A stretch of DNA of 64,000 bases from a bacterium (GTDB taxonomy: Bacteria > Patescibacteriota > Minisyncoccia > Sungbacterales > HO2-52-23): contig JAUYPE010000006.1 of assembly GCA_030697705.1 (NCBI GenBank), forward strand, positions 4,686 through 68,685, in the 5' to 3' direction. The position numbers and the translations under genes were made by a program. Position 1 is the first letter of the stretch. Each line of letters starts with the position of its first letter. The notes beneath the pieces are model-generated. The model saw nothing but the letters and a program-made list of their open reading frames with translations. It was not told where the DNA came from and ran no database searches. Below, one piece after another: positions 26,365 through 36,120 of the stretch.

Positions 26365-27346
26365 AAAAACAAAACTGCCGCGCGTTGTCGCCATAGGCGG
26401 GGGGCATGGCACTGCGGTTGTTTTGGAAGGGCTCCGCGACTATCCGGTTGATGTCTCGGCGATTGTCTCTATGGCGGATGACGGCGGCTCAAGCGGCATA
26501 CTCCGCCGCGAGCTGGGAGTTCTGGCGCTGGGCGATGTGCGGAGGGCTCTAGTTGCGCTTGCGGGTGATGAGTGTCGCCTGCTTGCAGATATAGCCGAGT
26601 ATCGCTTTACCAAAGGCGCGCTTGCGGGGCATGCTCTCGGCAATCTGATGCTGGTGGCGCTGGAGCGCATGACAGGATCATTTTCCAAGGGTCTCCATGC
26701 GGCGCATGAACTTTTTGGCGTGCGCGGACATGTCATACCCGTTACGCTTGAGTCGGCGGAATTATGCGCTGAATATGCCGATGGTTCTGTCGTACGCGGT
26801 GAGAAAAACATTGATATGCCGAAACGCGCCATTGTCCCTGCCATCCGGCGCGTATGGCTGGAGCCGAACGCGTCTCCGAATCCTGAAGCATTGGTCGCGA
26901 TCCGCAGTGCCGATGTGATTATATTCGGACCGGGGGATCTCTATACCAGTATCGTACCGAATATCTTGGTGCGCGGTGTTGCGGAGGCGATTAAAAAATC
27001 ATCCGCCAAAAAAATAATGATCGTAAACTATCGCACTAAGCGAAGCGAAACAAACGGTTTTTCCGCCACGGACTTTGTGCGAGAGCTTGAGCGGTATCTC
27101 GGTGAAGGTGTGCTTGATGTCGCACTGTGTGCAATAACGCGCGTGTCGCCGGACCGGCTGGCGGAAATGTTACGCGAAGGAGGGGAGCCGGTTTCGTACG
27201 CGGATCGCGGCGTCTCGCGCGCACAGCTGATCATCCGCTCTCTTTTAACAACGCGCGGTATTCTGCGGCATGATCCCAAAAAACTCGCCCGTGCGATCAT
27301 GGCTCTTTTACCGGCGAAACAAAAAAATGGAAATCGTCGCGCTTGA
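26336..27346 (+). CDS. YvcK/CofD-family protein (gluconeogenesis factor / UPF0052)
   Basis: VVAIGGGHGTAVVLEGL...VSAIVSMADDGGSSG matches the YvcK signature GGGTG...ADDGGSSG. Confidence 0.75.
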   Translation: MPSKQKAHYKKTKLPRVVAIGGGHGTAVVLEGLRDYPVDVSAIVSMADDGGSSGILRRELGVLALGDVRRALVALAGDECRLLADIAEYRFTKGALAGHALGNLMLVALERMTGSFSKGLHAAHELFGVRGHVIPVTLESAELCAEYADGSVVRGEKNIDMPKRAIVPAIRRVWLEPNASPNPEALVAIRSADVIIFGPGDLYTSIVPNILVRGVAEAIKKSSAKKIMIVNYRTKRSETNGFSATDFVRELERYLGEGVLDVALCAITRVSPDRLAEMLREGGEPVSYADRGVSRAQLIIRSLLTTRGILRHDPKKLARAIMALLPAKQKNGNRRA

Positions 27347-27965
27347 ACATTCGGTACCTCCCGAACTTATTACTTGTGCAGTTGCACTGCTCCGCGGTGG
27401 CGGTGTTGCAATCCTGCCGACCGATACCGTCTATGGTATGGTGTGCGACGCATCAAACGCCGCGGCGATCCGTCGGATGTTTGCTTTAAAAAAACGCCCG
27501 AAAGAAAAAGCATTTCCCGTTTTTGTACGTGATATTCCTACCGCGCGCCGCCTTGCGTATATTGCCGATGCCAAGGCGCGATTTCTTGAGCGTGTGTGGC
27601 CGGGAGCGGTGACGGTGTTATTTAACCATAAAGGAAAACTGCCTAAGGTATTGACCGGCGGCTCGCAAAAAATAGGCATGCGGATGCCAGATCATCCGTT
27701 GCTCCGCGCATTACTTGACGAGTATGCCGCGCCGCTCGCACAAACGTCGGCTAACACGTCCGGCGCGCCTCCCGCAAAGACAAGCGAGGAGGTCTGCGCC
27801 TATTTTCCCGATGGCGGCGATGAGCCGGATTTGTTTGTTGATGCGGGTGCGATTGCGGGCGCGGCGTCCACGATCATTGATTACTCCGGCAATCAGACGC
27901 TTCTTGTTCGCACGGGCGTTATGTCCCGAGAGCGGCTTGATGAATTGTTTAAGAGTATGTTATAG
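27327..27965 (+). CDS. tsaC: L-threonylcarbamoyladenylate synthase (YrdC/TsaC family)
   Basis: LLRGGGVAILPTDTVYGMVCDASN...KKRP..KAFPVFVRD...SANTSGAP: YrdC fold motifs. Confidence 0.8.
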   Translation: MEIVALEHSVPPELITCAVALLRGGGVAILPTDTVYGMVCDASNAAAIRRMFALKKRPKEKAFPVFVRDIPTARRLAYIADAKARFLERVWPGAVTVLFNHKGKLPKVLTGGSQKIGMRMPDHPLLRALLDEYAAPLAQTSANTSGAPPAKTSEEVCAYFPDGGDEPDLFVDAGAIAGAASTIIDYSGNQTLLVRTGVMSRERLDELFKSML

Positions 27966-27975
27966 TCCGCCTATC

Positions 27976-28653
27976 ATGCTTCTTTCCCGCAATGCGATTT
28001 TACGTCATTACCAACAAGGGAATATCGTCATTGATCCGTTTGACGAGCGGAAATTAAAAACAGTGAGTTATGATGTGTCGCTCGGCGATTGGTTTTGGCG
28101 CGAGGGGCATCCAGAGGGGCGTGCGACTGTGCACAATCTTTACGACGAAGAATCCACGAAGCGTGTGTGGCAAGGGCCGTTTCAGGCCGAGGCGCGGGAT
28201 GCGGTGTGCGAGCGGCTGGGAATGGATTTGAAAAATATTAAAACGGCGGACAAGATTATTCTCTTGCGTCCCGGCGAAACGGTGCTGGCGCATACAGAAG
28301 AATTTATCGGTGGTCGTGATCGTGCCGTCGCCAAAATGTACGCGCGCTCAAGCATGGGGCGCAATTTTATTGAGGTGTGCAAGGACGCCGGCTGGGGCGA
28401 TATCGGGTACTTCAACCGCTGGACGATGGAGGTGACGAACAATTCACAGTACTTTACTATTCCGTTGGTAGTGGGAAGGCGCGTCGGGCAGATGGTTTTT
28501 TATGAAGTAGAGCCGATCAGTGCCGTTCCCGATTATGTGAAAGAAGGCGGCAAATACCAGTACTCACAGGATATTGAAGAAGTTAAAAAATCATGGAATC
28601 CCCATATGATGATTCCGCAGATGCATAAGGATTGGGAAGTTGGCTCGGAATAG
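27976..28653 (+). CDS. dcd: dCTP deaminase / dUTPase-fold enzyme
   Basis: MLLSRNAILRHYQQGNIVIDPFDE...VSYDVSLGD...ILLRPGETVLAHTEEFIGG typical of dCTP deaminase; internal ATG chosen because the upstream part of the ORF overlaps tsaC in another frame. Confidence 0.7.
   Translation: MLLSRNAILRHYQQGNIVIDPFDERKLKTVSYDVSLGDWFWREGHPEGRATVHNLYDEESTKRVWQGPFQAEARDAVCERLGMDLKNIKTADKIILLRPGETVLAHTEEFIGGRDRAVAKMYARSSMGRNFIEVCKDAGWGDIGYFNRWTMEVTNNSQYFTIPLVVGRRVGQMVFYEVEPISAVPDYVKEGGKYQYSQDIEEVKKSWNPHMMIPQMHKDWEVGSE
28585..28642. repeat. direct repeat (copy 1 = native 3' end of dcd)
   Basis: aaaaaatcatggaatccccatatgatgattccgcagatgcataaggattgggaagtt; near-identical copy at 29396..29452. Confidence 0.75.
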
Positions 28654-28727
28654 CAATTATATCGTAATGGGCGCTCTGCTATGGAGGAAGATTGGAAATT
28701 TTTAGATAAATAGGTTATAATACACCC

Positions 28728-28931
28728 ATGAAAAAATCTACGCTCCCTATCATTGATGTCAAAAAATATGGCGGTAAACAGGTGGCGATTGTGAGAGGAA
28801 AAATCGTTGCGTCTGGCGACTCAACGCGAGAGGTGCTTGTGCGCGCACGGCGGAAGGTTTCCCCTAAAGACAAGAATGCTATCTGGTTACTTACTGTCCC
28901 GCGAGGGCTTACAATGGTTTATCGTTTATGA
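28728..28931 (+). CDS. small hypothetical protein (partner of retropepsin-like protease)
   Basis: 67 aa, MKKSTLPIIDVKKYGGKQVAIVRGKIVASGDS...; 4-nt overlap with downstream protease gene. Confidence 0.4.
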   Translation: MKKSTLPIIDVKKYGGKQVAIVRGKIVASGDSTREVLVRARRKVSPKDKNAIWLLTVPRGLTMVYRL

Positions 28932-29377
28932 CGCTCGTAATACCATACGGAATACGGTTGGCGGGGGATGAAGGGCGGGTTGAAACGGTGCCGGTAGCGT
29001 ATATTCGAGTGCGATATGGTGCTTTCGAAATCCCCGGAATTTTTGTCGTTGATTCAGGAGCAACTACGACTCTTTTGCCCGCTTCCGATGCTGACGAGCT
29101 GGGAATTTCTTTGAAGAAGGGTGGGGAACGAGTCGCGATACAGGGCGCTACTGGTCATGTACTTATGGGATGTCGTCATAGGGTTGATATGGTCATTGAT
29201 AATTTTTTTCTCCATGCCGTACCGGTTATTTTTGCGCGAGCAAAAAACATCCCTCGCGTACTCGGTCGCGAGGGCGTGTTTTCGCGATTTGGGATTCTTT
29301 TTGACGAAGCACGACGGCGTACTGCACTACTTGATGCTCATAAAGAACGAAAAGCCATTGACGGTTTGTTATCATAA
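28928..29377 (+). CDS. retropepsin-like (clan AA) aspartic protease
   Basis: IFVVDSGATTTLL: the D-S/T-G-A catalytic motif with hydrophobic-hydrophobic-D context of retroviral-type aspartyl proteases; 149 aa. Confidence 0.65.
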   Translation: MTLVIPYGIRLAGDEGRVETVPVAYIRVRYGAFEIPGIFVVDSGATTTLLPASDADELGISLKKGGERVAIQGATGHVLMGCRHRVDMVIDNFFLHAVPVIFARAKNIPRVLGREGVFSRFGILFDEARRRTALLDAHKERKAIDGLLS

Positions 29378-29395
29378 GACGCGTATCAACCTACC

Positions 29396-29452
29396 CAAAA
29401 ATCGTGGAATCCCCACATGATGATTCCGCAGATGCATAAGGATTGGGAGGTT
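29396..29452. repeat. direct repeat (copy 2, duplicate of dcd 3' end)
   Basis: cccaaaaatcgtggaatccccacatgatgattccgcagatgcataaggattgggaggtt, about 54/57 identical to 28585..28642. Confidence 0.75.
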
Positions 29453-29628
29453 AACTTGTCGTAGCGCTTTCGCTTTTTATTTTGCCCAGCGACAAAATAT
29501 GCTAAGCATCAACACGGTTTCTCTCGGCGACCATCGGGACCGTGCAAACTGTGTCTCAAATTGTCTCAAAATAAAAGCAAAAGCGCCTGCGAACTCGCAA
29601 GATAATGATCGGGGGGGGGATACATTTT

Positions 29629-30894
29629 ATGAAGTATCTCAAAAAATCAGATCCGCACATCGCAAAACTCATTGTGGCAGAAACGAAGCGTCAACAAGAG
29701 ACGCTTGATTTGATTCCGTCCGAAAACATCGTCTCGTCGGCGGTACGGGAGGCACTCGGATCGGCACTGACGAATAAGTATTCGGAAGGGTATCCGAACA
29801 AACGCTACTATGCGGGGAATGCTGTTATTGATGATATTGAACTACTTGCACAAGAACGGGCAAAAAAAGTTTTCCGGTTAGGCAGTGAATGGTCAGTAAA
29901 TGTACAGGCATTATCCGGTTCGCCCGCGAATATGGCGGTATATTTTGCATTGCTGAAGCCCGGAGATACCTTGCTTGGCATGAGTAGACCATTTGGCGGG
30001 CACTTAACCCATGGCGACGCGGTGAACTTCTCAGGGCAGATTTTTAAGTCAGTGCTCTACACAGTCGCCCACGACGGATATCTTGATTATGGGGAGGTGC
30101 ATAAATTGGCAAAACAGCACAAGCCGAAGCTGATTGTCGCGGGAGCGAGCGCGTATTCGCGCATTATTGATTTTGAAAAGTTCGCCAAAATTGCGCATGA
30201 AGTTGGCGCTTATCTTCTCGTAGACATGTCGCATATTTCTGGTTTGGTTGTTGCGGGCGTACATCCCTCGCCTTTTCCCCATGCTGATGTCGTGATGACA
30301 ACAACACATAAAACATTGCGCGGACCGCGAGGAGCACTTATTTTTAGCCGGAACGATAAGATGATTGCGTCGCGCACAAAAGAAGGAAAAGAAATAAGCA
30401 TCACACGGGCGATTGACAGTGCGGTATTTCCGGGACTGCAGGGCGGACCGCATGACAATCAAACCGCGGCGATTGCTGTGGCGCTGGGTGAGGCGATGAA
30501 ACCGGCGTTTAGGGTATATGGGAAGCAGATTGTAAAAAACGCCAAAGCGCTCGCAAAAAATTTGCAAAAACTCGGATTTAAAATCATTTCAGGCGGGACA
30601 GATAATCATCTGATGTTGATTGATATGACACCCCTCGGCATGTCCGGGCGCGAGGCGCAGGATAAGCTTGAATCAGTCGGCATTATTGTGAATCGCAATA
30701 CGATTCCTTACGATACGCGCTCCGCCTTTGATCCATCCGGTATCCGCATCGGCACACCCTCTCTCACGACGCGCGGGATGAAGGAAAAAGAAATGGCGTT
30801 GATTGCCGGATTCCTTCATGCTACCGTGCAGGGGGAAAGTATTGGCACTTTGAAAAAACAGGTCTTGGCACTCTGCCGAAAGTTTCCCGTCTGA
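29629..30894 (+). CDS. glyA: serine hydroxymethyltransferase
   Basis: LIPSENIVS...YSEGYPNKRYYAGN...TTTHKTLRGPRG (PLP lysine); start MKYLKK at 29629, an upstream in-frame ATG at 29605 is also possible. Confidence 0.92.
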   Translation: MKYLKKSDPHIAKLIVAETKRQQETLDLIPSENIVSSAVREALGSALTNKYSEGYPNKRYYAGNAVIDDIELLAQERAKKVFRLGSEWSVNVQALSGSPANMAVYFALLKPGDTLLGMSRPFGGHLTHGDAVNFSGQIFKSVLYTVAHDGYLDYGEVHKLAKQHKPKLIVAGASAYSRIIDFEKFAKIAHEVGAYLLVDMSHISGLVVAGVHPSPFPHADVVMTTTHKTLRGPRGALIFSRNDKMIASRTKEGKEISITRAIDSAVFPGLQGGPHDNQTAAIAVALGEAMKPAFRVYGKQIVKNAKALAKNLQKLGFKIISGGTDNHLMLIDMTPLGMSGREAQDKLESVGIIVNRNTIPYDTRSAFDPSGIRIGTPSLTTRGMKEKEMALIAGFLHATVQGESIGTLKKQVLALCRKFPV

Positions 30895-30931
30895 CGGCAA
30901 AGTTGTTTTTAAAAGAGATGGGAGAATAATC

Positions 30932-31111
30932 GTGAAAAAACTCCTCGCGGTTGTTGGTGCGGCGCTGTCTCTTGCGGGGCTCTATGTCTTTTTCCGGTTT
31001 GAGTTGCTGTGGTGGCATATAGTCGTAGGGTGGGGTGCAAAAATCGTGATTGTTGGCTTCATCGGAGCGATTGTTTGGCGATGGCGCAAGAGGCGTCAAA
31101 GCAATGCATAA
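30932..31111 (+). CDS. small membrane protein (GTG start), hypothetical
   Basis: GGGAGA Shine-Dalgarno 7 nt upstream of GTG; 59 aa with two hydrophobic helices (LLAVVGAALSLAGLYVFF, IVIVGFIGAIVW); not in the supplied ORF track because it is under 60 aa. Confidence 0.3.
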   Translation: MKKLLAVVGAALSLAGLYVFFRFELLWWHIVVGWGAKIVIVGFIGAIVWRWRKRRQSNA

Positions 31112-31173
31112 ATAAAGGGGAGCGTGCCCATCGCGCGCTTCCTTTTTTCATATTCGTCTGTTAGGATGCGAGC

Positions 31174-32007
31174 ATGATTATTGTTGACGGAAAAGCGATC
31201 GCGGCGGGTATTCTTGACGAGGTGCGGAACGAGGTCGCCGCATCAAAAAAGAAACTGCGCCTCGGTGTGGTGGTTGTGGGAAATGATGTGGTGACGCGCC
31301 ATTTTGTGATGGAGAAGCGCCGTGTCGCCGAGTCGGTCGGTATTGATATGCGGGTCTATCCATTTCCGGAGACGGTCATGCCGAATGAACTCCGTGCCCG
31401 CGTTACCGAGCTTGTGCGCGAGGAGCACAATACGGGCATCATTATTCAACTTCCTCTGCCATCGCACCTGCCGCGCCAGCATATCCTTAATGCCGTCACG
31501 CCGGAGAAAGATATTGATATGCTCTCCGCGCGCGCGGTGGGAAATTTCACCGTGGGCAAGGGAGTTCTCGTCCCGCCCGTCGTGGGTGCCATTCAGGAAA
31601 TTGCCGCGGCTCACGGGGTTGAATTTATTGGAAAAAATATCGTGGTGGTCGGTGCCGGTCCATTGGTGGGGCGGCCGGTGGTGCTATGGCTTCTGCGATC
31701 CGGCGCGACTTTTAGCGTCGTGCGTAAAAGTACCCCCGATCCCGCATCGTTTTTACGTTCCGCGGATATTATTATCTCCGGCATCGGTAAGCCGCGTTTT
31801 ATTACCGGTGTGATGGTAAAGACAGGCATTGCCGCGTTTGATGCGGGGACGGCGGAATCGGAGGGTAAAATCGCAGGGGACTTTGATGATGATTCTGTTG
31901 CACCGAAATGTTCGCTTATCACACCCGTCCCCGGAGGTATCGGACCGCTCACCGTCGCCATACTTTTGCGAAATCTTGTTCTGCTGGCACGCAGTCGCAA
32001 AAAATAA
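31174..32007 (+). CDS. folD: bifunctional methylene-THF dehydrogenase / methenyl-THF cyclohydrolase
   Basis: MIIVDGKAIAAGI...LGVVVVGND..., NAD(P)-binding GKNIVVVGAGPLVGRPV, ...PVPGGIGPLTVA. Confidence 0.9.
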   Translation: MIIVDGKAIAAGILDEVRNEVAASKKKLRLGVVVVGNDVVTRHFVMEKRRVAESVGIDMRVYPFPETVMPNELRARVTELVREEHNTGIIIQLPLPSHLPRQHILNAVTPEKDIDMLSARAVGNFTVGKGVLVPPVVGAIQEIAAAHGVEFIGKNIVVVGAGPLVGRPVVLWLLRSGATFSVVRKSTPDPASFLRSADIIISGIGKPRFITGVMVKTGIAAFDAGTAESEGKIAGDFDDDSVAPKCSLITPVPGGIGPLTVAILLRNLVLLARSRKK

Positions 32008-32151
32008 TCGCCAGTACGCGCGCTCTCAAGCCGATCGTGGTATGCATGCTTCTGTTCCGGAATGCGTATCTTATGGTATAATAGAAAGCGTAAAAACGCT
32101 TTCAGCTTTCTGCCATTTTTTATGGCATACCTTTTTCCGGTCAGAAAAACA

Positions 32152-34278
32152 ATGTTTTATCGTACGATCGCTTTGCTCGCGTTCGGTATATTTTTTGTGG
32201 AAGTATTCGTGTGGCAAGCGGCGCAACCTTCGTTCCCATGGGGATCTTCCCCGCGGCGGGAATTCGCCGCCGTCGGTTCTTTGGCGGGTGACGGGGAGGT
32301 GGTACAGAATACGGAGGTTGCGGCAAACTTTTCAGCCGATGAATTGGAAGATATCGTCACTCCCGCGGTTGTGCGTGTGATCCAGCATATCAGCGGAACG
32401 GTGGTTCTCGCCGGTTTTTCGGTGGATGCGGCATCCCTCACCTTCACGCCCGCTCCGCTCCAAAAAAAAATACCTATTGATGTGTATGCGAGCGGCGCGG
32501 GATTCTTTGTCAATCCCGACGGATATGCGTTGGTAAGTGCGCGTACTGTTTCCCTTGAGGGGGCGAAACAGGTGCTTATTACTCGCACGATTGAAATGGC
32601 GCTTTCGCAATCGGTGGTAGAGCCATCGGGAGGTGCGAAGAATGAGCGACACGCCGTGCTTAAGGCAAATATCGCGCGCTACCTGCGCGAGAAGAGCGTT
32701 TTTCATCTGGAACAGACGAGTGTCATTGCCAACCCCTCCTCTCCAAAAAAGAAGGTGGCGGATCTCTTTACGGACGGCTATCCTGTGAGAATTCTTAGTG
32801 CCAATGAACATTTTCTTGAAGATGGCCGTGATGTTGCGCTGGTACATATTGATCAAGAGGGCGTTCCGGCGCTCGCTTTGAGCGGTGTGGTGGCACCCGA
32901 GGTCGGTACGTCGCTTTTCGTTGCTGGTGTTCCCTTCTCGCATGCCGTAGCGGCGGCTCCCGTTGGTGCGGTCACTTCCTCATTGATAAAAAATACCCTC
33001 GGCGGTGCCGTGCGGGGGTCTGCGGGTGTCACCACGCTCTTTGCCACGGATGCTCATCTTGCTCCGGAGATGAGCGGTGCGCCAATCGTCAATCAGGACG
33101 GCACCGTTGTTGGGATGGCGGTATTCGTCTCAAAACTCCCTCTTGCACAATCGGAAATGTCTCCGGCATTTATGCTCGGCGTCTCTTCCCTTCGTGACGA
33201 GCTGACCGGTCGTTTTATTATTCCCCGCGAGGGCGTCTACTCGGTCGCGGTTCGCAAAGGGATCGACTTGTTGCATAATCGCCGTTGCAGTGAAGCACTT
33301 GCCGCGTTCACCGAGGCGCGGCGAACGAATGCACTCTTTTTCTCCGCGGATCGCCTTACTGCGTATGAAGGGCAATGCGACTCGTTCACCATCGGCGGTA
33401 TTTCTCTTACGCTTCTCTGGGAAGACATACAGAATAGGACACGCTCTTTAAACAGACAGGTTCGCCTTGCGATTCTGGGTGGTGCCTCCTTGCTGATCAT
33501 ATTGCTCGTGATAGTGGTTCATCTTTCCCGCAAGGTCACCAAGGAACGCGCGCTTCACCGTATCAATGAAAATCTTACTTCAAAAAAGACTCCACCGAGG
33601 AGTATCCTGGGGCTTCCCCGCCAGCCGGTGCTCCAGCAGAAATATAAACCGTCGCCGACTTTTCTCAAACCGACACATTTTCCTTATGTGCGCAAAAAGG
33701 TACTGCCGCCGCTCTTGACGGATACGCCCGAGTCCTCCGAGTTGCCGCCTGTCTCCCCAATCGCGTCCGTACCGCTTATCTCGTCGGTGCCCCGCGAGTT
33801 GGTAATCCCCCCCGACGCGGTCGAGCAAAAAATAATTCATCAACTCTCCGATGAGGAGGAGGCGCGAATACTGAAAAAAAAGTCACCCTCGCGCTCTCTG
33901 CCGCCAACCGGACCGATTATGGAGGGAGGCATCCTGTCCGGTATTGATGAAGCGATCGGACTTGAGCGACCGCGTGATCCTCGTCTGCGCACCATGCTTC
34001 ACCAGCTGGCAACCGAGGACGAGAATAGCGCAGCGCATCATCATATGCCCGCCGCCGACGCACTATGGGCGCTCCCCGACGATTCTACCGCAGAACACAA
34101 AGACGACATGGTGCAAGCAAAGGAGTTTGTACCCCCCGATGTTGATCCGACCGTTTTTGCCTATGTGCGCGATGCGCATCGTTCCAGGATGAGCCGTGAG
34201 ATGATCACAGAGGAGCTTACGCGGGCGGGTTGGCCGCGTGAGGCGATTAAACGAGCACTTGACGCGCGGGACAGATAA
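32152..34278 (+). CDS. membrane-anchored trypsin-like (S1) serine protease with second TM and proline-rich C-terminal region
   Basis: N-terminal TM; candidate catalytic Ser in ...HLAPEMSGAPIVNQDGTVVGMAV (GDSGGP-like); internal TM ILGGASLLIILLVIVV; P-rich low-complexity tail; start codon uncertain (32122/32152). Confidence 0.55.
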   Translation: MFYRTIALLAFGIFFVEVFVWQAAQPSFPWGSSPRREFAAVGSLAGDGEVVQNTEVAANFSADELEDIVTPAVVRVIQHISGTVVLAGFSVDAASLTFTPAPLQKKIPIDVYASGAGFFVNPDGYALVSARTVSLEGAKQVLITRTIEMALSQSVVEPSGGAKNERHAVLKANIARYLREKSVFHLEQTSVIANPSSPKKKVADLFTDGYPVRILSANEHFLEDGRDVALVHIDQEGVPALALSGVVAPEVGTSLFVAGVPFSHAVAAAPVGAVTSSLIKNTLGGAVRGSAGVTTLFATDAHLAPEMSGAPIVNQDGTVVGMAVFVSKLPLAQSEMSPAFMLGVSSLRDELTGRFIIPREGVYSVAVRKGIDLLHNRRCSEALAAFTEARRTNALFFSADRLTAYEGQCDSFTIGGISLTLLWEDIQNRTRSLNRQVRLAILGGASLLIILLVIVVHLSRKVTKERALHRINENLTSKKTPPRSILGLPRQPVLQQKYKPSPTFLKPTHFPYVRKKVLPPLLTDTPESSELPPVSPIASVPLISSVPRELVIPPDAVEQKIIHQLSDEEEARILKKKSPSRSLPPTGPIMEGGILSGIDEAIGLERPRDPRLRTMLHQLATEDENSAAHHHMPAADALWALPDDSTAEHKDDMVQAKEFVPPDVDPTVFAYVRDAHRSRMSREMITEELTRAGWPREAIKRALDARDR

Positions 34279-34369
34279 TTAAAAACTCCAGACGGGGTAT
34301 CCGATGTGCCCATACGACTCACCCCTTTCAGGAAATTCGTGAAAAATACAGATTTTTTTGTTCAATAAT

Positions 34370-35758
34370 TTATCTCAATACGTTATACACGATTGTAGGT
34401 GAAGTGTTGATTTGTTTTTCCTGTCGGAGGAGTGTACGAACTTCTCCCACCACATAAAGGGAGCCGGTGATGAGCACGAGTCCGTCATCCGCGAGTGTCG
34501 CGCGAGCTTTCTTTAGTGCTTCGTGGGGAGAGGCGGTGCAGGCAATAGGAGCAGTAATTCCCTTCGCGTATAAAAGTTCGGCGAGCGCCGCAGGATCCAT
34601 GCCGGTGCTTTTCCCCGTATCCGTTACGGCGGAGCTTTGTGTAAATCTGAAGTCGACAATCAACGGCGCGAGGATATCAAGCATGCTCGCAACATCTTTT
34701 CCTGTCTTTGCCCCGAAAACGCAGGATATTTTTTTGTCGGGAAAAATTTCACGAATGGCATCAACTAATGCCCGCATTTTTGCGGGATTGTGCGCGCCGT
34801 CAAGAACAATAAGCGGGGAGCGCGAAATAATTTCCATGCGTCCGGGTACGCGGCATGCGGCCAGACCCTGGCGAAATGCGACAGGCGCTATGGCAACTCT
34901 TGTTTCTTCCAGCGCTTCAACTGCGGCGACGGCGCATGCGGCATTTTCTATTTGGTGCCGACCGAGGAGGGAGATTGTTAAATCAGTATAATTTTTTTTT
35001 GAGGTCGTGATGGAAAATCGGGAACCATTGCTATTGGATGCGGTGATGGAATAGGTGACATCTCTGCCGATGAGCATAAGGAGTGCATTTTTTTCACGGC
35101 ATCTGTTTTCTATGATCTCGCGCACGCTTGGCTGTTTTGCGGCACTTATGACTTGCATGCCTTGTTTTATAATCCCTGCCTTGTCGCGCGCGATTTCCTC
35201 CACCGTATTGCCGAGAATTTCCGTGTGGTCCAGGTCAACATTCGTGAGTACCGCGACGGGCGGCGCAAGAACATTTGTCGCATCCCGTTCGCCGCCGAGA
35301 CCAACCTCAACCACCGCGATCTCAACACCCGAGCGGCGGAAGTGTTCAAACGCGAGTGAGACGAGGACCTCAAAATAAGTTGGGGTGCCAAAGCTGCCGG
35401 TTTTCTCCACTTCTTCAACAAACGGGCGAATCCACGAAACCAGCACGGCAAAATCTTCCTGCGTAATTGCTACGCCGTTTATCTGTATTCGCTCGCCGAT
35501 ATACTCCAAATGGGGTGAGACATGGAGTCCCGTCTTATATCCCGCCGCTGTGAGAATAGAGCTAATAAGATAGCATGTTGATCCCTTCCCCGATGTTCCG
35601 CCAACATGCACACTCTTAAAACTCCGCTCCGGATTCCCGATACGTGCAAGCAGGGCTTGGATTCTTTCAAGCCGCAAATTCTGCACGAGCGGTGTTCCGG
35701 CTTTCGGAATCAATGACTCAACATACGCGAGGGATTGGGGGAAAGAAAAACGATCCAT
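34370..35758 (-). CDS. folC: folylpolyglutamate synthase / dihydrofolate synthase (Mur ligase family)
   Basis: P-loop HVGGTSGKGST; Mur-ligase middle and C domains; 462 aa. Confidence 0.85.
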   Translation of the reverse strand: MDRFSFPQSLAYVESLIPKAGTPLVQNLRLERIQALLARIGNPERSFKSVHVGGTSGKGSTCYLISSILTAAGYKTGLHVSPHLEYIGERIQINGVAITQEDFAVLVSWIRPFVEEVEKTGSFGTPTYFEVLVSLAFEHFRRSGVEIAVVEVGLGGERDATNVLAPPVAVLTNVDLDHTEILGNTVEEIARDKAGIIKQGMQVISAAKQPSVREIIENRCREKNALLMLIGRDVTYSITASNSNGSRFSITTSKKNYTDLTISLLGRHQIENAACAVAAVEALEETRVAIAPVAFRQGLAACRVPGRMEIISRSPLIVLDGAHNPAKMRALVDAIREIFPDKKISCVFGAKTGKDVASMLDILAPLIVDFRFTQSSAVTDTGKSTGMDPAALAELLYAKGITAPIACTASPHEALKKARATLADDGLVLITGSLYVVGEVRTLLRQEKQINTSPTIVYNVLR

Positions 35759-35766
35759 TGCATTAT

Positions 35767-36120
35767 CCTACAGATTTATTAAAAAAAGTCAGTTACCCGC
35801 GAGAGCGCACAAGTGTCCTCGAACAAATGCCAGGGGTGGAGATTGTAGAACAGAACATTCAGGTTGATCACATCCACACCGTGATGATCATCCCATCCAA
35901 GTATGCGGTAAGCGCGGTGGTCGCACAACTGAAGGCGAAGAGTGCCGGAAGGCTGCGGAAAAAGTTTGTATGGCTTGATAAGATGTATTGGAAAGAACTG
36001 AACATCGTTTGGTCGCCTGGCTTCTTTGTTGCTACCGTGGGACTGGACGAGAAACACATTATTCACTATGTCAGATGGCAACAACGCCAGGATTCAGGAC
36101 AGTTAAAACTGAATTTTTGA
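35767..36120 (+). pseudogene. tnpA: IS200/IS605-family Y1 transposase TnpA, 5'-truncated relic
   Basis: VEIVEQNIQVDHIHTVMIIPSKYAVSAVVAQLKAKSAGRLRKKFVWLDKMYWKELNIVWSPGFFVATVGLDEKHIIHYVRWQQ: HuH (HIH) and catalytic-Tyr region of IS200 TnpA. The N-terminal beta-strand (xYHxVWCPKYRR) is absent; folC begins on the opposite strand at 35758 and would overlap it. Confidence 0.7.
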
